Positions 8,501 through 18,113 of a DNA stretch of 64,000 nt are shown one piece after another. The position numbers and the translations under genes were made by a program. The DNA comes from Armatimonadota bacterium (GTDB lineage: Bacteria > Armatimonadota > SYMT01). The notes beneath the pieces are model-generated. The model did not search any database. It was not told the DNA's origin and saw nothing but the letters and a program-made list of their open reading frames with translations. Where the stretch lies: assembly GCA_041690135.1 (NCBI GenBank), contig JAWLHY010000010.1, positions 1-64,000 on the forward strand. The letters are read 5' to 3'. Every line of letters starts with the position of its first letter. Position 1 is the first letter of the stretch.

Positions 8501-9682
8501 CTAGCTGGTTAGATCCGTCGCCAGTTGCCGCATTCGCAGGCCTCCCCCACCCGGGACGATTTCGCCACCACGGATCGTGGCTGCGGCCACGAGCAACTCC
8601 CGTCCGATGCGCTCCTCTCGGTAGCTGTCCGTGAATACGAACCTGCCATCTCGCTTCTCCAGCAAGGCGATATCGGCAATGGAGCCCTCGCGTAGGGTTC
8701 CCAATTCGCCACCACGCCCCAGCACGGCAGCCGGCCGGGTGCTGGACATCTCCACGACCTGTTCCAGGCTCAGACCCAGCAGCAGGAACTTCGACATGGT
8801 GGTGGGCATGTCGTACACCGGGCCGTGGAGATTCATGGCGTGGAGGTCGGTACTTATGGTGGAAGGCGGTAGGCCCTGTTCGAGGGCCGCTTCCGCCACC
8901 TGCCACTGGAAACTACCGTAACCGTGGCCCACGTCGAAGACGACCCCAACTGCGGCTGCTTCCCGCACTTCGTCATAAACCCGACCGCTTTCGTCCAGCA
9001 CCCGTGTGCTGCCTCCCTTGAAACAGTGCGTAATGCAATCTCCGGGCTGAAGGTGCTCCAGCATCTCGGGGATCGACATCGGGCTTTCGCCGATATGAAC
9101 CATCAACCAGGTTCCGGACATGCGGGCCGCCGCCGCGGCGTCTCTGAAGTTGGCCCAACCCTGTTCGCCCTCCCCGATGATGTGCTTCCCGGCGCGGATC
9201 TTCACTCCCACTGCGAAATCCGGATGTTCCCCGAGCGTGCGGACCACCCCCTGCGGGTCGGCGTACCGGCGGTCCAGCAGTTCTCCCAGGTTGGCGGCGA
9301 TCAGTCCGATCCGCGAGAGGTTGACCAGGGCGAGGACGCGCGTCCGGGTTCGCTCCAAAACATCCCGGCGGAACCCCGGAAAGTTCGCCGGGCCGGCGCT
9401 CCCGGCGTCCAGCATGGTCGTTACCCCACCCGCCGCGCACAGGGCGTCTGCGTCGAGCCCCAGGGGCATGTGGTCCCGGTAGACATGGACGTGGAGATCG
9501 ATCAGACCCGGAACCACATACAGTCCGCGCGCATCCAGCGTGTGCCGGGCGGACGCGTGACTCAGGTCTTCCGCGACCGTCGCGATGCGCCCGTTGAGGA
9601 CCGCCACATCGCGGATGCCGCGCAGATTCTGGGAAGGGTCGATCACCTCTCCTTGGCGAATGAGGACATCGTAAGTAGGCAT
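8501..9682 (-). CDS. amidohydrolase/deacetylase family metallohydrolase (dihydroorotase-like)
   Basis: PGLIDLHVH, GVTTMLDAGS, MVHIG, THCF, DVGHG, ISTDLH; start placed at MPTYDVLI. Confidence 0.9.
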   Translation of the reverse strand: MPTYDVLIRQGEVIDPSQNLRGIRDVAVLNGRIATVAEDLSHASARHTLDARGLYVVPGLIDLHVHVYRDHMPLGLDADALCAAGGVTTMLDAGSAGPANFPGFRRDVLERTRTRVLALVNLSRIGLIAANLGELLDRRYADPQGVVRTLGEHPDFAVGVKIRAGKHIIGEGEQGWANFRDAAAAARMSGTWLMVHIGESPMSIPEMLEHLQPGDCITHCFKGGSTRVLDESGRVYDEVREAAAVGVVFDVGHGYGSFQWQVAEAALEQGLPPSTISTDLHAMNLHGPVYDMPTTMSKFLLLGLSLEQVVEMSSTRPAAVLGRGGELGTLREGSIADIALLEKRDGRFVFTDSYREERIGRELLVAAATIRGGEIVPGGGGLRMRQLATDLTS

Positions 9683-9899
9683 GAGTCGGATTGGGTTAAC
9701 GAAAGCCAGTTCAAGGTTGGCAGGTCTTAAGGTTGATGGTCGAAAGTTGAAACTCCCGCGAGGGCGAGCGGTGGGGGATGGCGGAAGCCGTGGGTTCAAG
9801 CCGCTTGAGCGTTACCCCACTCGACTCTTCGGATCGAACCTATAAACGCCCTCTTTGGACGGAAGTTCAATCCCCGGATGAGCCGGGCAGGTAGCTCTC

Positions 9900-11057
9900 T
9901 TGGAACCACTGGAACCGATCGATTTGCACCGGAAGTACGGACTGCGGCGTGTCATCAACGCGTGCGGCAAAATGACACACCTGGCGGGAGCGATCGTACT
10001 TCCGGAGATCGCCGCCGTCGCTGCGGAATCGCTGAAGCACTTCTTCGTGCTGGATGAGCTCCAGGCCGCCGCCGGACGGATCATCGCCGAGACGACTGGC
10101 GCGGAGAGCGGTTGCGTCACGGCTTGCAGTGCTGCCGGCATCACCTTGAGTGTGGCGGCCTGCATGACCGGAGAAGACCTGGGGCGGGTCCTGCAACTCC
10201 CCGACACGGATGGGATGCCGAACCGGGTGCTCATCCAGAAGGGTCACTGCGTGAATTATGGTCAACCGATCACGCAGGCGATCCGCCTGGCAGGCGCGCG
10301 GGTAGTCGAAGTCGGCTCGGTCAACTCCTGTTCGGTTGCGGAACTCGGGCACGCCCTGCGGTCGGGAGGGGTGGCCGCGGTGGTGGCGGTCGAGTCGCAC
10401 CATACAGTTCGGCACGGCTATGTACCGCTGCCGCAACTTTGCCAATTGGCGCATGCGGCCGGCGTGCCGGTGGTCGTCGATGGGGCGGCCCAGGACCAGC
10501 GTCTTCGGGAGCTGATTGGATACGGTTGCGACCTGGTTATCACCAGTGCGCACAAGTATCTCTGCTCGACGACAGGCGGTATCGTCGCCGGTCGGGCGGA
10601 GCTCATCCGGGCCGTTTACCTGCAAAATCGCGGTATTGGTCGCGCCATGAAAGCCGGCAAGGAAGCAATCCTGGGAGCGATGGCCGCCCTGGAGTTCCGC
10701 GCGCAGCAGGATATGGCGGCCTGGACCGCGGAACAGGACCGCAAGGTTAGACTGATCCACGAACTCCTCACCGGTATCCCTGGGCTGCACCTTTCGGTAG
10801 ATCCCGATCCTAACGGCTGTCCCTTCTCGCGCGCGCGACTCACGATCGATCCCGCTGTTTGCGGCCATACCGCGGACTCGCTAACCGCCGCGCTGGCGGA
10901 AGGCGATCCGACCGTGGTAACACGGGCTCATCACGCGGTAGAAGGCTACCTGCATCTCGATGCCATTGAGATGACCGACGAGGAAATCCACCTGGCTTGC
11001 GAACGCGTGCGGAGAATCCTGGGCAGCGCAGAGGGGAGCGGCACACGAACCGCGTGA
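9900..11057 (+). CDS. SelA-like / DgaE-family PLP-dependent enzyme
   Basis: YGLRRVINACGKMTHL, QKGHCVNYG, VDGAA, SAHKYL, GIGRAMKAGKE. Confidence 0.88.
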   Translation: MEPLEPIDLHRKYGLRRVINACGKMTHLAGAIVLPEIAAVAAESLKHFFVLDELQAAAGRIIAETTGAESGCVTACSAAGITLSVAACMTGEDLGRVLQLPDTDGMPNRVLIQKGHCVNYGQPITQAIRLAGARVVEVGSVNSCSVAELGHALRSGGVAAVVAVESHHTVRHGYVPLPQLCQLAHAAGVPVVVDGAAQDQRLRELIGYGCDLVITSAHKYLCSTTGGIVAGRAELIRAVYLQNRGIGRAMKAGKEAILGAMAALEFRAQQDMAAWTAEQDRKVRLIHELLTGIPGLHLSVDPDPNGCPFSRARLTIDPAVCGHTADSLTAALAEGDPTVVTRAHHAVEGYLHLDAIEMTDEEIHLACERVRRILGSAEGSGTRTA

Positions 11058-11086
11058 ACCAACACACACCACTGGAGAAAAGACGC

Positions 11087-11566
11087 ATGGCGCAAGACCC
11101 CGCGGTCAAGCTCATAGGTCCCGACGAGGGACAACAATACACCCTCGTATCCGATACCTACACGTTCAAAGCCACTGGAGAAGACACGGGCGGCGCCTAC
11201 ACGCTGTTCACGGCACACGTACCGCCAGGGGGTGGTCCCCCTCCCCACATCCACCACCGGGAGGACGAGTCGTTCACCGTGCTGGAAGGCGAGTTTGAGT
11301 TCCTCGCGGGAGACCGGGTGGTTCGCGCAGGGCCTGGAGACTTCGTCTTCGGTCCGCGCGACATCCCACACAATTTTAAGAACGTGGGTACGGAATCCGG
11401 ACGGCTGATCATCATCTGCTCGCCCGCCGGCTTCGAGCACTTCGTGGCCGAGACGGCGGCGGAAGTCCCGGAGGGCGCCACCCGCCCCGACGGACTCCCG
11501 GACCTGGAGCGCCTCGTCGAGATTGCCGGGCGCTACGGCATTGAGATTCTTCCCCCTCCTGGCTAG
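11087..11566 (+). CDS. cupin domain protein (quercetin dioxygenase-like)
   Basis: PPHIHHREDESFTVLEG ... PRDIPHNF; GGAG RBS. Confidence 0.9.
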   Translation: MAQDPAVKLIGPDEGQQYTLVSDTYTFKATGEDTGGAYTLFTAHVPPGGGPPPHIHHREDESFTVLEGEFEFLAGDRVVRAGPGDFVFGPRDIPHNFKNVGTESGRLIIICSPAGFEHFVAETAAEVPEGATRPDGLPDLERLVEIAGRYGIEILPPPG

Positions 11567-11601
11567 AGGGCTTTCCCGTCGCAACGGCGACGTGGGCTGG
11601 A

Positions 11602-12606
11602 TCAGCAGGCTTCCCGATCCAGCCCACGATCCGTTTCGCCCATCCGAGCTACCGGCAATTGGGCGCCCGCAGGAGGCGATCCGTTGGCTGCGACGGGCAA
11701 GGCGCGAGTGTCCGTGACCGGAGTTGAAGCTGGTATGGGAAGATTGCCGATCCTTCCCGGGCAGTGTTCCAGCACTTGCAGCGCCTGCATGGAGAGACTG
11801 CGGACTTCGGCGTTTTCCCTGGAGGCCACCCTGGACAGGGAATATAGTTGGCGGAGCACGTCAAACCGCTCGCGTGGAGCCAGCGCTCCGCCGTGATCGA
11901 TGAGAAATCGCGCCGCCGCGCATCGGGTGCCCGCGTTCTTCGCGCGCAGCATCACTAACAGTTGCCGCCCCTCGAGCTTTGCACCGGACAGTTGTGCGGA
12001 GCCGAGTTCAACCAGGTTCAGATCAGCGCCACGCAGGTCGGCCCCATCCAGGCGTGCGTTGCCCAATCCTGTATCCAGCAACGACGCTTCTCGCAGGTTA
12101 GCTCCGATCAGTGTGGAACCGGAGAAGTCCCCCGCTGCCAGCACGGCTCGGCGCAGGTCGGCGCCCGTAAAGTCGGCGGCCAGGCCAACGGCCTCGGACA
12201 TGTCCGCCGCTCGCAGGTCGGCGCCTTGGAGATTCGCCATCACCAGGTCCGCTAGTTGCAGGCGCGCATCATGGAGCACGCTGACTTCAAGGGAAGCCCG
12301 CCGCAGGTTGGCGCGACGCAGGTCGATTTGCAAGCAGTGAGCGCCGCAGAGATTCGCCTCTTTCAGGTCGGCCCCGACCAGGAGGGCTTCCGCCAACTCC
12401 GCGCCGGCGAGTACGGCCCGCTTGAGGCACGCCCCCCGCAGGGAAGCTCTGCGGAGATACGCACCGGAGAGATCGATCCCCCGGAGATCCAGTCCACCGA
12501 GGTCCATCGCCGGGATACGGGAAGCCCGGAGCGCCTCTACCAGTTCCGCCGAATCGCGGACCGTAAACAGAATCCTTCGGTGTATCCGGTGCCGGATGGT
12601 AAGCAT
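11602..12606 (-). CDS. pentapeptide-repeat protein with helical C-terminal extension
   Basis: long run of A(D/N)LxX repeats. Confidence 0.88.
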   Translation of the reverse strand: MLTIRHRIHRRILFTVRDSAELVEALRASRIPAMDLGGLDLRGIDLSGAYLRRASLRGACLKRAVLAGAELAEALLVGADLKEANLCGAHCLQIDLRRANLRRASLEVSVLHDARLQLADLVMANLQGADLRAADMSEAVGLAADFTGADLRRAVLAAGDFSGSTLIGANLREASLLDTGLGNARLDGADLRGADLNLVELGSAQLSGAKLEGRQLLVMLRAKNAGTRCAAARFLIDHGGALAPRERFDVLRQLYSLSRVASRENAEVRSLSMQALQVLEHCPGRIGNLPIPASTPVTDTRALPVAANGSPPAGAQLPVARMGETDRGLDREAC

Positions 12607-12976
12607 GGCGCGCTCTCCCACATCCCAGTCGCCGTCGAACTGTCCCTGACACGCCGTTTTGCATACGTGTGAGGTTCACCTGCCTCGGCTGCGGACCACG
12701 TCAGCGCACAAGACGCGGGAGTGCGATAAGAGCGGGATGGAGAGAAGGTGATAAAGGAAGGGCCGTAGGAGCTGTAGCTCCCACGGCCCGTAACGAGGGG
12801 GTTCTTACAACGGAAGTCTCGCGGCCCCAGCTTAATGGAAAACGATTGCCGCCTTAAACTCCAGTTAACCCTCGACCCAACCCCGTCCGCTCCCTGCATT
12901 CTTCCCTCGTGATCGCGATCGTGATCGCCGCTCTCCCCTCATCACCCTCCCCTCTTCCCGCTCCACCCTCCCCACT

Positions 12977-13765
12977 TCAAATCGCCGTCCAGCCCCCATC
13001 AACTACCAGGTTCGTGCCGGTGATGTATTTAGAGGCGTCCGAGGCCAGGAACACTACGGCCCCCTGGACGTCGTCATTGCCCATCATCCTTCCGATAGGC
13101 ACTCGCCGGCAGTACTCGTCCACGAAGGGCTTCGGCTGGTCATTGAAGTAGCCGCCGGGGCTGATGCAGTTGGCGCGCACCCCGGATTTGCCGTGATAGG
13201 CCGCCAGGTAGCGGGTGAACTGGATCATCCCCCCCTTCACGAAGGTGTAACTCGGCGGCTGCCGCATTTCCGTGCCCTCGTAAAGCGTGGGATCGTTGGA
13301 GACCACTCCGTAGATGCTGGAAATGTTGATCACCGAGCCGCGACCCTGTCGCGCCATCTCCGGGATGAAGGACTTGCAGAGGAGAAAGAGGCCCACCATG
13401 TCGCCCTCGGCGGCTCGTGCCCACGTTTCCCCGGTCTGCTCCTCGAAGCCTCCCGCGTGGCCATCGCGGGTGAGAGCACTGTTGACCAGCACATCCAGCC
13501 GTCCGAACCGTTCCATCACCTCGTGATGCAGGTTTCGGATGGAATCCGGACAGGTAATATCGAGGGCCAACCCGTGGGCCTCATAACCTTGGTTGCGGAG
13601 CCCTTCCGCATAGGCCACGTTGCTTTCCAGAGAACGGGAGGCCGTGATCACCGTAGCTCCCGCCTCGGCCAATGCAGATGCGATACTGGACCCGAACAGC
13701 GGTCCAGCCCCGCCCGTGACCAGCGCAATCCGCCCCTTCAACGAAAATCGATCCAGAATGCCCAT
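12977..13765 (-). CDS. SDR family oxidoreductase (gluconate 5-dehydrogenase-like)
   Basis: TGGAGPLFG, NISSIYG, YTFVK, NCISPGG, VDGGW. Confidence 0.92.
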   Translation of the reverse strand: MGILDRFSLKGRIALVTGGAGPLFGSSIASALAEAGATVITASRSLESNVAYAEGLRNQGYEAHGLALDITCPDSIRNLHHEVMERFGRLDVLVNSALTRDGHAGGFEEQTGETWARAAEGDMVGLFLLCKSFIPEMARQGRGSVINISSIYGVVSNDPTLYEGTEMRQPPSYTFVKGGMIQFTRYLAAYHGKSGVRANCISPGGYFNDQPKPFVDEYCRRVPIGRMMGNDDVQGAVVFLASDASKYITGTNLVVDGGWTAI

Positions 13766-14000
13766 CGTATTTCGAAACTCCTGTCGCCGTCACTATATCG
13801 ACTGAGGGCCGGTTGACCGGCTGTCCCAAGCATCCCTTCCGAAAAATGCGAAGCGAATGAGGACAGTAGCACTCGCACGAAGAATGAAGGTACGAGGGAT
13901 TAACCGCAACTCCGACTTGATCCAGAGCTCGATAGCGGTGAGGCCATAAGTGCCGCCAGTGAGCTACCGCATTGTTGGAGTTTGAGTATCCTCTGATTGC

Positions 14001-14033
14001 CCGAACACCCGAACACCTGAAGACCTGAACACC
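14001..14033. repeat. 8-mer tandem repeat (CCGAACAC/CTGAACAC) immediately before the ATG
   Basis: ccgaacac ccgaacac ctgaagac ctgaacac c. Confidence 0.65.
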
Positions 14034-14933
14034 ATGCCTTTCGATTGGTTCTCCGGAAACTGGCCGGCAATGATCACGCCGATGCACGACGACGGGCGCA
14101 TCCGCCCGGAAAGCGTGCCTGCCCTGGTTGAGAAGTTCGTCCGCGAGCAGGCCGGCGGGATCTACCTGCTGGGCAGCACCGGCCAGGGACCCCTGCTTAC
14201 CGTGGAAGAGCGCAAGACGATCGCCGAAGCCACGGTCGCGGCAGCGGCGGGTCGGCTGCCGGTGATGATCCACGTGGGCGCCATCCGCGTGGAGGACGCC
14301 GTGGAGTTGGCGCGCCACGCGGGCGAGATCGGTGCCGACGCCGTCAGCAGCGTCGTGCCGATGTATTACCCGCCGACGCTGGCCTCCAGCATGGAACACT
14401 ACCGCCGAATCGGCGGCGCTTCGGACCTTCCGTTCTATGCCTACAACTTCGCCATCCCCAACTGCCCTGTGGAGGCTTACGTGGAGGCGCTGATGCAGAT
14501 TCCCACCGCTCGCGGCCTCAAGTTCACCAGTGTCAACATGTATGAGCTGGCCCGCCTGAAGATCGCCAGCGACGGTCGCCTGAACGTGCTCTCCGGCTCG
14601 GACGAATCGTACCTGGCCGCGCAGTCCCAGGGGGCGGACGGCGCTATTGGCAGTTCCCAGAATGTCGCGCTGCCGCTGTTCCGCGCCGTGGAGTTAGCCG
14701 CCCAGGGCGGACAGTGGCAAGAAGCGCGCCGCCTGATGCTCCAGGTCGTCCGGTTAGTCCACGAGGTCACCATCGGCTGCGGCCTCGCCTCCCTCCATGG
14801 CATCCTCACGAAGGAGGGGATCCCCTGTGGCCAAACGCGGCACCCCATTGCCAACGCTGATGCGGAAAAGATAGAACGCGCCTGGTCTATTTACCAGCGG
14901 CTGATGGACAAGGACAAAGAAGTGTCCAGGTAA
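14034..14933 (+). CDS. DapA/NanA family class I aldolase
   Basis: GSTGQG, PMYY, YAYN, GLKFTS Schiff-base lysine, GSDE, GAIGS. Confidence 0.9.
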   Translation: MPFDWFSGNWPAMITPMHDDGRIRPESVPALVEKFVREQAGGIYLLGSTGQGPLLTVEERKTIAEATVAAAAGRLPVMIHVGAIRVEDAVELARHAGEIGADAVSSVVPMYYPPTLASSMEHYRRIGGASDLPFYAYNFAIPNCPVEAYVEALMQIPTARGLKFTSVNMYELARLKIASDGRLNVLSGSDESYLAAQSQGADGAIGSSQNVALPLFRAVELAAQGGQWQEARRLMLQVVRLVHEVTIGCGLASLHGILTKEGIPCGQTRHPIANADAEKIERAWSIYQRLMDKDKEVSR

Positions 14934-15021
14934 GGATAAAGAGAGGATCTTGCGTGACCGCCCGAGATGGACGAATTCCTCGCTACGTTGGCACGCAAGA
15001 TCCTTCTCACCCGTTCCGCGT

Positions 15022-16776
15022 TCACCGAGAACGGGTAATCTCGACCTCAAGACCAGTTAGTGCCAGGGTGGGCGGGGCGGAATAGCCGGCCAGGGGCAGG
15101 TGAACCGGGCGTCCGCCGCGCTCCCCAAAAGGCCACACATTGAGGACGAGCACCGGGGCGCCCTGAGCCGGATCGCTGCGGATCTCGCTCTTGATGCGGG
15201 CCTTCAACCCGGGGCTCGCCGCCTCGGGCGCTATTGGGAGCAGTCGTGCCGCAAGCTCCCGCTCCGCCGGCGCTAGTTGGCCCCACTCCACGCCGCTGGT
15301 CACCAGCAACCGGCGGGAATTCGGGGTGAGGCGGGCGGGCACCCGGAAACCACGGTGCCAGTAATCCATGTGCGCGGCCATCGGGCCCAGGCTCTGCACC
15401 TGGAACAGGTCGAGTGCCGCCAGGGCGGGAAGATCATCCTCGCCGAGCGTCTTCCGCGCGCGCAGCGATTCCGCGAGGCGCTCTATCAGGTCCGCCGGCA
15501 ACACCGTGGCGCTATCCCAGAGCCAGGCGCCGCTGCGGACGAGGGCGCTGTCCCCCTTGCGCCACCAGAAGCTGTCAGATACCGACGCCGCTTTGCCGGA
15601 GCTGTCCCCAGCCAGGCAGAGCCGGTCCAACGCTTCCGCCAGGGTCAGCCGGCCGCCGACCGAGAACCCCTTCCGTGGGTGACCCGGTCCCCCGTGGTTG
15701 AAGTAGTGGTAGCAATCCGTATAGATTGCGGTCCCGCTCACTCGCGAGAGCCGCCCCAGGCCTTCGATCCAGTCCTTTGCCGGACTCGACGCGGTGCCGA
15801 AATCCAGAGCCCGGTTGTAAGGATCGTCGGCAGCAGCGGTTGTTTGCGGTGTGCCCGCCTTCCCCGGAACCGGAAATCGGGGTGAACGGTCGGCATAGAA
15901 CGCCGCGCCTTCCTTGCGGAGGTCATTTCCGTGGGCGCTGGTCCAGAAGTACCATGTCTCCGTATCGGTACGGAGACCGGCGCTGGCGCGAGGCGCACGG
16001 TCGAGATACAGCTCTACCGTTACCGTTGACCGCTCCGGGCGGGACGGCGGCTTGTCCATCGTGGCCCACTCGGGCGGAATCCCCCGGGCAATTTCATCCT
16101 CACGGATCGAACGCAGCGCGGCCGTCCGGGCTGCATCCTGGGCGCGGAGAATAGGGGCGAGACGCGACAGGATCCGCTCCCGATCCAACTCCGGCAGCGA
16201 GGTTACGGAGAGGTAGAGATACCCTTCCCGCAGCAACTCCGGCTCGCGGGCCGCCAGGAACGGGAGCACCTCGGGATACAGCGGCTTCCAGACCTGCGGC
16301 CTACCGGCCTTGCCTTCCGCCACCTGGTCCGGTTGACGGAGCGACCGGGCGAGTTGAGCAAGGACTTCCCGCAGGGCTCGCAGCCGCAGCGCCTGTTCTT
16401 CCTGTGCCCAGGCCGCCGGCTTTTCCAACCGGTAGCGGTAACGGTCGCCGCGTCTCTCCCGCACCCACCGCACGCGGTACAGGTCCGCCACTCGCTCTAG
16501 AACGTCCTTCACCGGCGATCCCGGGACGAAGGCAACCAGGCGCTCATCACCCACCCGTCCCGATGCCGATAGTTCGAGGCCGGTGGCCCGTTCGACCCGA
16601 GCCAGCACCCGGCTTACCGGGATGCCGCGAGACTCCAGGCGCACCTGGGTCGCCAGGCGCGGATCCTGATGAACATCCAGGGCTGCAGGGCCGGGATTGG
16701 GGACGGCGACCGCCACACTGGGCGTGGCGAATAGTCCGATGGCAGCAAGCGCGGTTCGTACTGAGGCCGGCAACAT
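15022..16776 (-). CDS. exported hypothetical protein, paralog of 58909-60612 (N-terminus reminiscent of STN/secretin-N modules)
   Basis: signal peptide; shared blocks with the 58909-60612 product. Confidence 0.75.
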   Translation of the reverse strand: MLPASVRTALAAIGLFATPSVAVAVPNPGPAALDVHQDPRLATQVRLESRGIPVSRVLARVERATGLELSASGRVGDERLVAFVPGSPVKDVLERVADLYRVRWVRERRGDRYRYRLEKPAAWAQEEQALRLRALREVLAQLARSLRQPDQVAEGKAGRPQVWKPLYPEVLPFLAAREPELLREGYLYLSVTSLPELDRERILSRLAPILRAQDAARTAALRSIREDEIARGIPPEWATMDKPPSRPERSTVTVELYLDRAPRASAGLRTDTETWYFWTSAHGNDLRKEGAAFYADRSPRFPVPGKAGTPQTTAAADDPYNRALDFGTASSPAKDWIEGLGRLSRVSGTAIYTDCYHYFNHGGPGHPRKGFSVGGRLTLAEALDRLCLAGDSSGKAASVSDSFWWRKGDSALVRSGAWLWDSATVLPADLIERLAESLRARKTLGEDDLPALAALDLFQVQSLGPMAAHMDYWHRGFRVPARLTPNSRRLLVTSGVEWGQLAPAERELAARLLPIAPEAASPGLKARIKSEIRSDPAQGAPVLVLNVWPFGERGGRPVHLPLAGYSAPPTLALTGLEVEITRSR

Positions 16777-17044
16777 GAGAAAGTCTCCCTGGGATGACTT
16801 CGATTGGCTCCAACGTTTGAGACGGGCGGCGGGTTTCCCAGGTTACAGGTCCCCTACACAACACGTTTTCGCGGCGAAGAAGGGAGGGAAGAAGGCGGTT
16901 GGCCCGAGAAGGAACGCCCCGGCTTACGAGCGGAAATCTACCGAGCCGGCAAACCGAGAAACTGCTGCGTGTGTTGCAGCTGGCCGCAGCGTGGATGAGT
17001 ATCGCTCATCCGACCGTCGTGAATAGGAACAAGAGAACCGAGCC

Positions 17045-18103
17045 ATGGCAGAGACGCTCAAGGTAGGCGTGATCGGTGTGGGTGGCATCGCGCGCACCCA
17101 CTTTCCCGGCTGGAGGGAGAGCCCCCACGCGGATGTGGCGGCACTCGCGGATGTCGTGCCGGACGTACTTCAACGTGTCGGACGCGAACAGGGTGTCTCC
17201 CGCCTTTACGAACGCCCCGAAGACCTGATTGCCGATCCCGACATTGACGTGGTGGACATCTGCACCCCCAACAACTACCACGCGCCCCTGGCCATCGCGG
17301 CGCTGGAAGCAGGGAAGCACGTCCTCTGCGAGAAGCCGCTGGCGCCGACCCCGGAGGCCATTCGCGACATGATCGCCGCGCGAGATCGGAGCGGGAAGCT
17401 GTTGATGACGGCCCAGCACTTCCGTTTCCAGGGGACGGCCCAGGCGTTGAAAACGGAGATCGATTCCGGCATTCTGGGCGACATCTATCACGCCCGGAGT
17501 TGGATGTTGCGCCGCGCCGCCGCCCCCACGCGGCCGGGCTTCATCATGAAGCAGCACAGCAGCGGCGGCCCCTGCATCGACATCGGGGTGCATATCCTCG
17601 ACCTCACCCTCTGGATGATGGGCTTTCCGAAGCCGGTCTCGGTCACCGGAGTGACCCAGGATAAACTGGCGCGCCAGCCGGGCGCCTTCAGCATCTGGGG
17701 CGGTCCCATCCCGAGGGAGCATTTCGACGTGGAAGAGTTCGCCGCGGCGTTCGTGCGCTTCGAGAACGGCGCCACCCTCATCCTGGAGGTCTCCTGGCTC
17801 CTCCACCACAAGACTCCCATGGAAGACATGCAGATGTGGCTCTATGGGGATAGGGCGGGCTCCCACTGGCCTTCCAACGAGATCCTCTGGAGCAACAACG
17901 CCTCGCAGCAGCAGATGAACACCACGCTAGTGCGCGCCGAGGGAGGTGAGCCACACGCCAAAGAGTGCGTGGCGTTCGCGGACGCGGTCGTAAACGGGCG
18001 ACCCTCCCCCGTTCCCGCCGAGCAGTCCCTGGTCGTGATGACGATCCTGGACGGCCTTTATCGCAGCGCCGCCGAGGGCCGGGAGATCCGCTTGGATACG
18101 TAA
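17045..18103 (+). CDS. Gfo/Idh/MocA oxidoreductase
   Basis: GVIGVGGIA, ICTPN, HVLCEKP, DIGVHILD. Confidence 0.95.
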   Translation: MAETLKVGVIGVGGIARTHFPGWRESPHADVAALADVVPDVLQRVGREQGVSRLYERPEDLIADPDIDVVDICTPNNYHAPLAIAALEAGKHVLCEKPLAPTPEAIRDMIAARDRSGKLLMTAQHFRFQGTAQALKTEIDSGILGDIYHARSWMLRRAAAPTRPGFIMKQHSSGGPCIDIGVHILDLTLWMMGFPKPVSVTGVTQDKLARQPGAFSIWGGPIPREHFDVEEFAAAFVRFENGATLILEVSWLLHHKTPMEDMQMWLYGDRAGSHWPSNEILWSNNASQQQMNTTLVRAEGGEPHAKECVAFADAVVNGRPSPVPAEQSLVVMTILDGLYRSAAEGREIRLDT

Positions 18104-18113
18104 GAATGTCACC

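Noticed and set aside
9900-11057. Selenocysteine synthase selA
   Set aside because: Shorter than true SelA, motifs match the DgaE-like subfamily, and no selB/selC/selD nearby.
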